DNA of 63,961 bases, counting the filler, from Intoshia linei (lineage: Eukaryota > Animalia > Orthonectida), in NCBI GenBank assembly GCA_001642005.1. It is 6 parts of 6 records of this genome, joined end to end, with 100 filler letters (N's around TTAATTAATTAA, not from the genome) between each part and the next. Parts side by side here need not be neighbours in the genome. Positions count along the whole stretch, not along the records: positions 54,798 to 61,252 come from LWCA01001678.1; positions 61,353 to 62,714 come from LWCA01002620.1; positions 62,815 to 63,961 come from LWCA01002769.1; 3 more parts are not named here. One strand, written 5' to 3'. The notes below the pieces were generated by a model. That model was not told the origin of the DNA and did not search any database. It saw nothing but the letters and a program-made list of their open reading frames with translations. The translations under genes and the position numbers were made by a program. Every line of letters starts with the position of its first letter. The stretch's first letter is position 1. Shown here one piece after another: positions 55,474 to 63,961 of this stretch.

Positions 55474-55757
55474 TTCCGAATGATGTGAATCTGAATTAGC
55501 ATATATCAATAGGTGGGATTTTTTACATTCTCTCGTGTTTACATTTATTGAAACTTGAATAAAAAATACTGCTACTAAAAAGAGGGTATCTGATAAAGTC
55601 AAAGCTCTCCACATGAAGTATTTAGTTTTTTTGAAATAACGAAATAATATGTAAAAGGATAAAACATTGCCAAATATACCAATTATGCAACAAATTGCAC
55701 AAAGTAACAATCCAATTATTTGAAATTCTATTTTTTCATAGCGTATTGTTTCATTTT
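55474..55757 (-). CDS. Exon of a rhodopsin-class peptide (FMRFamide-receptor-like) GPCR, TM1-TM2 only
   Basis: IIGIFGNVLSFYIL, ALTLSDTLFLV; AG/GT borders. Confidence 0.6.
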
Positions 55758-56818
55758 CTAATAGTAGAAGATATGGTTTATCAATTGAAGATTATGTTCA
55801 CAATTTATTTATTTAGTCAAATGACTATAAATCTATAAAATCATTTAAGATGTATAATTTCTTACAATTGTGATTGACTTTTAAATTATTAAGAATTAAA
55901 CAATTTGTTAAAAACTAAATTAATAATGCCTGTCAAATAAATTTCAAAATCAAAAGTTTGTCGAGAATTGTAATATGTATTATTTTAATATCAATGTCTA
56001 ATATAATACAATAATATATTATCTAATATAACTTTTATAATTGATGCATTTCAAATACAGTCGTGTCGTGTTATGTGTAGTAATTATTTCTTTTTATTAT
56101 TGATTTCTATTTTGATGTTAGTTAACAAATTTGGTGTAAATGTTTAAATTTAATTTTTAAATATAAATTAAGTCTAGTTGAATCACTAAATTAATTTTAA
56201 ACAGGATATTACTGTACAGCAATACTATTCTAACGTAAACAACCTTAGAATAAATTATAATTCAAAAATATATAAATATATACAAGTGCCTATAAATTCA
56301 ATAATTAAAAAAGGTTTTGTAGATTAATACTATGCGTGGGGTACATTTAAAATTTTTTAGCATCCTATATTTTGCATATACTCCATATAAAGTAAGTATG
56401 TATATAAAACTAGTGTTAAGAGTCTTATATTGTGTAAGTGTATGATTATGTCAATGATCTTAAAAGCTGTATCAGAGTGTTTATTTTTTAAAACTATGGG
56501 ATTCGTTTGATTTTTAAAAGCAGGATAATTGGAGTTTTTGACAATGAAGAATTCTATTTCTGAAAATGTATTCCTCACTTTCACCTCACTTTAAAAAAAC
56601 TGTATTAGAAATTGGTTTTTTTGAAACTTTACGCCTCTTACTCTATGAAATAAATAGTTACCGATAAACAGATTGACATACATTTTAAGCTAAATTACTT
56701 TAAACTAGATACACTTACTGTAGGTATAAATTAAGTAAGAATAATTTAATTATAGAAGTTATAATATAATTGTGTGCCAACTTGAAAATAATTAAGAATG
56801 ATTTGTATTTATAGCGTC

Positions 56819-57119
56819 AGCATTTTAATCTGTAAAGTGTCAGTATTTTTAATAGTTTTTCAGTAAAAATATTAAATTGTCAGTAATTTAAGTTTATTTT
56901 TTGTCAGTATTTTTTTACTGACAAAATATTATTTTATAAAATGTGTTTATTTCTATATACTTTACTAAAGCAATTAAAAACTGACAAATATGTAATTCAA
57001 TACTGACAAAGTACATTTTATTACTGATATTTTAATATTTATACTGACAATTTTTTATTAAAATATTGACAGTTTCGGTAATTAAATACTGACAAATAAG
57101 AATTAATTTCTTAAATGCT
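56819..57119. repeat. Palindromic foldback-like element built from tgtcagta / tactgaca units
   Basis: Left half repeats gtcagta, right half repeats actgaca; ends agcattt..aaatgct. Confidence 0.55.
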
Positions 57120-58349
57120 CTATTTAAATAGTAATACATTATTTTTAATTAGTATATACTAACAAATTGTAAGTTGTATATTAAATATTGAAAAAGCAAA
57201 AATTTTTATGGAAAATGAAATTTTCTCTATTTATAATACAAAAACGTCAATCAAAGTAAATTAATGCAATCATTAATTTATTTCATCGAGAATAAAAATA
57301 ACAATTTGAGATATTGTAAACGAGATTTTTAAAATTACTGTAAAAGATGTAAATTGAATTTAACGTAAAGGATTTATTTTTACGAGACGGATAAAATGCC
57401 AATGTCATTATCATATTTGCAGTAAAAAGTTTCCTAATTCACGTTGGAGATTTTATCGTATATGTAAACTAGGTTGACTGTTATGTACTACGTACAAACA
57501 GGACCTAGCTCTGGCGAGGGCACATTTTTATTATACCAAAAAAATGAATTCATGTTGAAAATCTAACTTAAAAATCCTACTTTCACTGTTATCAATCCTT
57601 TAAAAGAGTGGTTCCCAAATTTGTTTCAGGTGGAACCATCATATCACATTACTTTTTACTTTAAAGTGAATTATTCCACTTAATTTTTTGTTTGTTATTA
57701 TTTGCGAAAAGAATTTTAAAAACAATTGTTAGCCCAATTTTTTAATTTATTAGATAGAATGTGTGTATAATATTAAAAATAAAGTAAAAACACTCCAACC
57801 CTAAAAATTGTCATAAATAGCATAAATTCCAAAAAAAATAAAATTATAAAAACCTATTTTGTCATTTTCAATATGATAATATATATTCAATNTAAAATTA
57901 TAAAAACCTATTTTGTCATTTTCAATATGATAATATATATTCAATATTAATTTAATAAATATTTAAAAATACCAATTATGTATCAATAATTAACCGAATC
58001 TTCACTTTATAAACATATTTTAAACGAATTTACCAAATATTACAAAGGATTGTAATAAATATAAAAATGATACTAACAAAGTTGTATGACTTTTAGTTTT
58101 GTTGTTGTAGTTTCTATTTAAATTTTATTAAAAATGTTTTGAAAATGATAATTTAAAATTTAAAAATTGCGAAGAAATGAATTATATAGATTTTCACCCA
58201 TATTTTTGTATTAGAAATGTGTATTATTAGTATTTAACTTAAACTTCAATCTGCATAATTTCTAATATATATCTAAATAAACATATAATTGGTGAAACAG
58301 CTGTATTTACGTTAATATTAAATATATTTTATATATTGGAATTTTTGAA

Positions 58350-59481
58350 ATGGCTTATGGACAAGGATTTATAAAATCTATATTCAAAGCATTTATTGTC
58401 ATAATAAATGTGATTGTCGGAGTAATATAATATTATTTTTTTACCTAATTTAAGCTTATTGGATGTGGTCTAGTGACATTGGGATTCTTAATAAAATTTG
58501 GATTTAAAACTGTATTAGCCAAGTGGATAGAAAAGAATTTGGATGATTTTACCAATAGCAGCACAATTGAACAAAATTTAAATCCCATATCAATTACTTT
58601 TATTGTACTCGGTACTATTATAATCATTGTATCAATTTTTGGATGTTGCGGAATTTTTTACGAACTCAGAATTTTGCTTATCATTGTAAATTATACATTT
58701 ATTATAATTAGTAAACTGTACAATTTACACGGTACAACAATTAATCATTAATATTATTAATACTTATAATAATTAAAAAAGAGCTATATTTCTACAATTG
58801 TATTATCGTTGAATATTAATAATTTTCTGTAATGTACTTATATTTTAGTATTTGATAGTCTTGGTTTTTATACTGTTAATGGAATCAGCAGTTTTTGTTG
58901 TATTTGTGGTCAACAATACAAAAGTACTCTTCTTTTTTTTATTACCATCATTAAAATTAGATTAATACAAAAATTAAGCAAAGTATCAGCAACATCGTAA
59001 ATAATAATTATGATACTGATCCGAAAATGAAAAAATTTTTGGATGAATTAATGAAAAAGGTTTATTTTTCAAATTTCCAAATGTTAATAATATTATTAGG
59101 ATAACTGTTGCGGAATAAGTGGACCAGATGATTTTAAAGTCGTTCCAGAAATTTGTTGTAAAAGTGGAGATGTAAGTCATGATTGTCCTAAAAAACCGGT
59201 ATGAAATTTTATTATTTATTCAAAATTTTGATAGGCTTGCTATGATATAATTACTGGAAAATTGAAGATATATTATAATGTATTTATAGCAATATGTGTT
59301 GTGTTCCTAGTTATTCAAGTAATCTTTATTTTTTTATCGTAGCACAGGTTTTATCTATATGTCAACTTATATCTTAAATTTTTGGTAAAAATTATAAATT
59401 ATCATTTTAGTATAGATGAGTTTAATTTTGGCATCAATATTTTTTATTATATTAATTTGTATAATTATACAAAAAAAATAA
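58350..59481 (+). CDS. Tetraspanin, multi-exon
   Basis: Four hydrophobic segments, IFGCCG after TM2, EC2 NCCG..DDF..VPEICC..ACY. Confidence 0.92.
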
Positions 59482-61352
59482 AATTAACATGAGCATTTTT
59501 AATTTGATTCAAAAAAGGCGTAACTACAACTATATGTTGCATAGAATGTGTCTTAGACGCCAATTCAGAGTTAGATACATAATTGATGCTTTGCTAACAA
59601 CGAATTTACCAATTGAGTTGGTCCAATTCAGTTAAATTAACAAGTTTATGTTTATTTTTAAATTGATAGATATTTGTAAAACTTTTATTTAATTAATATC
59701 AAACCATTTAATTACTATTTTTTTTGAACCAAACTTTCAAGAGGGGTTTTTAAGATTTTTAGAAAACAAAATAATTGATTAGTTATCAATGATTTCTGTG
59801 TCAAATATCGTGTTTCCAGTTATAAATTTTATATTTAATAAATTGAATTAATTATTTTTAATCTTAATAATATATCCTGCCTTGTTACGTTAATCTGTAC
59901 TGCATACTGTACGACTTATATACTAATTAAAAAATGTATTTTTGTATAGGATCTGTGCACATTTTAATAAATGTAATATGATGATTATAATTTATAATTT
60001 TACTCAGAAGAACTTACCACAGAGAGGGCTAGGGCCACATATCAAGCCTAAAATAATGATAACTACTATTTTAATTTATTAATACGTAATGTTGGGAAAT
60101 TTGTTATTTTAGGGACATTTTATGATGATCAATGCAATTTCAAACTGTTATTTTTGTTTTTTAGTCATTAACGATCGAGTGTACAATATATTAAATCAAT
60201 ACGAATATGTTTAAGTTTTGTAAAAAGTACTGAATTTTACTGAGTACTTAGTTTTACTTTTACTGAGTTATTGGATATTTTTTGTACTAAGTTTTATTTT
60301 TATTTAGTTTTTCTTTTTTGAACTGAGTTTCAAAACTCAGTACTTTTAACCATTTGAGTATTCGTTATTTCAAAATAAGACATGTTGTAAAATTTAATTT
60401 CTGTGTATTTATTACACAAGATAATTACATAATTTCTGCACTAATGTATGCATCGTGGATACATTAATGTATTTAAACTAAATTACAAAAAAAATTAGAA
60501 GCTAGTACAGCCTAGATTGTTTACATACTGAGTGGGTTAACTGTCTTAATTATCGCACAGGTTTTTATGATATTCAAATTCATCAATATTATCCATCTCA
60601 CTTATACGTTAAAATGTTAACTTTTAGGTCGCATTTTAGAAATTAAAAAAATACATGACCTTATGGTATGAGAAATACAATACCAATAACATGTAGTGTT
60701 GAATTCTAGGCTTGTTTTCATTTTTTAAATAAAGGGTAATCTGGGATTTTGATCGTGAAAATGAACTTCTTTGGTTTTGATAAAGAGATATTAAGTTGCG
60801 TGTCCGTTCACAATATCGTAAATCACATGATTGTAAATTCAAATGATCGTAGTCAAATGGATCGTAAATCAAAAGATCGTATTTATTTTGTTTAAGTTTA
60901 AATTAAATAATTCATTAACTAGGTCATTTAATTTAGACTACAGACCCAAGTTAAAACTGAAATATTAAGATACCATATTATACCCACAAACCATATTACA
61001 AAAAAAAAATAAAAATATTCTATGGTGTTCACACCATAGATTTTGTTAGTCATGTTTGCAATAAATATGGTCAATACAGAGATTCCATAATATACAAAAA
61101 TTTATTAGATATTTTTTGTTAAATAACTTTTAAATCATTTTTAAGTAGCACAAATTAAATTAATCTTTTACAATATATTCGGGAAATTTTTTTTCATAAT
61201 AATTGTATCATAATAATTCTTAATTGCACATTTGTCGATAATTATATTTAAANNNNNNNNNNNNNNNNNNNNNNNNNNNNNNNNNNNNNNNNNNNNTTAA
61301 TTAATTAANNNNNNNNNNNNNNNNNNNNNNNNNNNNNNNNNNNNNNNNNNNN

Positions 61353-62660
61353 ATCAAAGAATTTGTTGAAGCGTTACGTACTGATGAACATTTCGAAGGT
61401 ATTATTAAACGGCCAAATAATATTTTAAATTCTAATGACAAACATTGATTATCATGTAACACTATCACGAAGGCAGATCAATTATAAAGCAAAATTTTTC
61501 AAAATTCTAGACAATGTACTAGTTACTTTAAGAGAAAGATTTGCTTTTATGGAAGAATATAATTTTTTCGAATTAATTGATATCACCAAATTCAATGAAT
61601 TTTCTATTTTATTTCCAGCTCATCATATATCGGCGTTGAACTCAATGTATCCTGATATTTTTGGATATATCATCTTTAACTAGCGAATTAAAATATATAC
61701 CAATGAAGATTTTAAGAAATGTACCTCAATTCAGAAATTATTGGAATATATTAGGTTGTCCAATAAGTAATGTCGTTTTATAGACTAAAACTAAAACTTT
61801 TATTTTAAGTGTTTATAAATTAATCTCCGTTAGATTCCACAATTCTTTCCCAGCGTTGTGGTAGTTTATATATTCCACTAGAATAAAAATTGGTATCTTT
61901 ACAAAGCAAAAAGTCATCTATATCCAATTTTAATTTTTGAATTGAATCATCTTTGTGTTTTTCTTTGTTTTATGACATCTTGGCCATACACACTACATAT
62001 ATTTTGTGTTGCTTTAACAGCAGAATGAGAATTATTATATACAAAGGCTAAGCGTAGAATATGGCGAATATATTTTTCAAAATCACAAAAGTTTTATGTA
62101 TAAATTCATAATAAATATTTGTGTATATTAATAATTTACACTTTCATCTTATGCATTGTTAATTTCAAATTATTTTAAATGTTTTTGATCATATAGTGAT
62201 TAAAAAACATTGTGAAAATAAAAGCGACATAACTTTATGAACAACCTAATATATATAAACTGATCTATTAAATGTCTTACCAGAGACTGTAAAATGTATG
62301 GAATTATTACTCACTATCCCTATAACTTCGGTTTTTAATGAAAAAAGTTTTTCGACGCTCAATAGAATTAGATCATATCTGAGGTGTACAATGGTGCAAG
62401 ATAGACTCTCCAGTATGACCAGAATATCTATTAAAAAGGAATTGTAAAAGAAATGGAGATTAATGGAGAACTACATTCTCGGATTTTTCATGAGTTTGCC
62501 ATTAAACCACGTTTATTAGAATATATGTATAAATAATAGTTATAAATAATACAATTTAATTTAAAGTTAATTAATTGTAGTGATATTAAGTTTATATATG
62601 TTTCGTTTCTATGGTACTGTGTTGAGCACGAGTAACGTTTTGATCTCAGAGTCGCCACTG
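61353..62660 (+). mobile_element. hAT (ZMYM-like) transposase 3' part, interrupted by a mariner
   Basis: ILDNVLVTLRERF; LLLTIPITS..NEKSFSTLNRIRSYLRCTMVQDRLS; terminal gtcgccactg. Confidence 0.8.
61751..62249 (-). mobile_element. Internally deleted mariner element
   Basis: TA|TTAGGTTGT..GTCG and CGAC..ACAACCTAA|TA TIRs; C-terminal GIYKLPQRWERIVESNG on the minus strand. Confidence 0.85.
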
Positions 62661-62814
62661 ATCTGAATATCTAAAATTATTATAATTATTTCTATTCTAT
62701 AATGAAAATATTAGNNNNNNNNNNNNNNNNNNNNNNNNNNNNNNNNNNNNNNNNNNNNTTAATTAATTAANNNNNNNNNNNNNNNNNNNNNNNNNNNNNN
62801 NNNNNNNNNNNNNN

Positions 62815-63430
62815 GTCTTCTAATCTATATGTACCCGGTCCAATAACTTCAACAATTTTTAATGGATCCGACATAGAATATCCCTTTAATTGCGGACGAC
62901 CCACCTATACATAATCACCAATTGTTAAATGCCTTTCTTTGGTTTTATCATTTTCAATCAATTTATTTTGACATTTTTGTACATTCCTTCTGGCAATAAG
63001 TTCTGCCTGCTCGGCACTCACTGAACTAGCTTTCAATTTGCACGACAATCGAGTTTTCAGACTACTGTCATGTAACAATTGCGATGGAGATACTCGCGTA
63101 GTTGAGTGGGGAACAGCTCTATACATTATTAAAAACCGATTTTACATCCTTATTTTCTTTTACACCAATTCGCAATTTTTCTTTAACCGTTTTAGTGAAC
63201 CTTTCTACCAATCCGTTACATTGAGGATGGTTGTTTGAAGTGTACCTTGGTGTAATACCACGTTTATTCAACAAATTTCGCCATTGTTCCGATTTAAATT
63301 GGGTTCCATTATCCGACAAAATAATCTTTGGCAATTCTTCCCGTGCGAAGATATCTTCCAGGAATTGCAGAATAACTTCCGTTGTAGTATCTTCGACTAA
63401 TTTAAATTCAGGATCCGTTGATATTGACAT
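62815..63430 (-). mobile_element. Ty3/gypsy integrase remnant
   Basis: LPKIILSDNGTQF, HPQCNGLVERF, YRAVPHSTTRVSPSQLL, GPGTYRL. Confidence 0.9.
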
Positions 63431-63961
63431 TTTTGATGCTGTATGGAATTACAATTTTTATATTTTTACTCTATCCCATATCTTGACAGTAGCTTCCAAA
63501 TTTTTACCGATAACGTAGATAACACAGAAACAACGGAATTGTCATTTATTTTCACTAATTCTAACTCTGTGGAGTCGTAGGTACCCATAGCATGTTCAGA
63601 GTATCCACGTTTACACTTCTTAGCATCACGGTTTGATTTTATGGGACTAATGTAACTACTACGGTAATTTACTAGTCTGTTTTCTCCAATAGTACCTAAT
63701 AAATTTTTTTTCTTCTCTGTATTTATCTACTAAATCTAGAACGGTGGCTGCCATTTTTGACCTATTTTATTACATTTTTAACAATCTTGAGTTGTTTATC
63801 TAAAGTTTTGTTCAATAGATTACAATAATTGTAAAAATTTAATTTTTATCGTAATATCTTTATTTTATAAACTAAATAAAGTGATCTAAATATTAGGTCG
63901 TTTTTTAAACAAAATTAAAAAGTTTATTTGATTACATTAAAAATAAAGTTATATTATAAAA

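Noticed and set aside
57838-57945. Perfect ~52-bp tandem duplication
   Set aside because: The copies are separated by a single N, which indicates a contig-overlap artefact
60636-60872. 78-aa minus-strand ORF
   Set aside because: No ATG or acceptor between the upstream stop and the ORF start, and no recognisable domain

Overview
Very AT-rich animal (metazoan) genomic scaffold with many tiny (~30-45 nt) GT-AG introns and five artificial N-TTAATTAATTAA-N gap linkers. The style suggests a reduced invertebrate genome such as an orthonectid; this is inference only. From ~3-28 kb it is a dense gene island: NME6, a PH-FYVE region, an NHL-repeat region, a Bcl-2-family gene, an alpha-arrestin, NDE1/NDEL1, AATF, an orphan ORF, a septin, PRP4 kinase, CFAP161, tRNA-Glu(CTC), EXOSC3 and the 3' part of a ferlin. 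Further along are a 595-aa intronless ORF, a histamine-H2-like GPCR, isolated exons (NHP2-like, peptide-GPCR-like) and a tetraspanin, among many decayed DNA transposons. The highlight is the ~41-52 kb block. It holds decayed fragments of three unrelated non-retroviral RNA viruses: a nege/virga-like RdRp, a picorna-like SF3 helicase region and an arena/nairo-like bunyaviral L polymerase core. These are packed among Tc1, Harbinger, hAT, Tigger and MULE fragments, and every recognisable piece reads on the + strand. This is the layout expected of a uni-strand piRNA-cluster-like viral and transposon archive. All protein identifications come from by-eye motif recognition, and exon limits are approximate.
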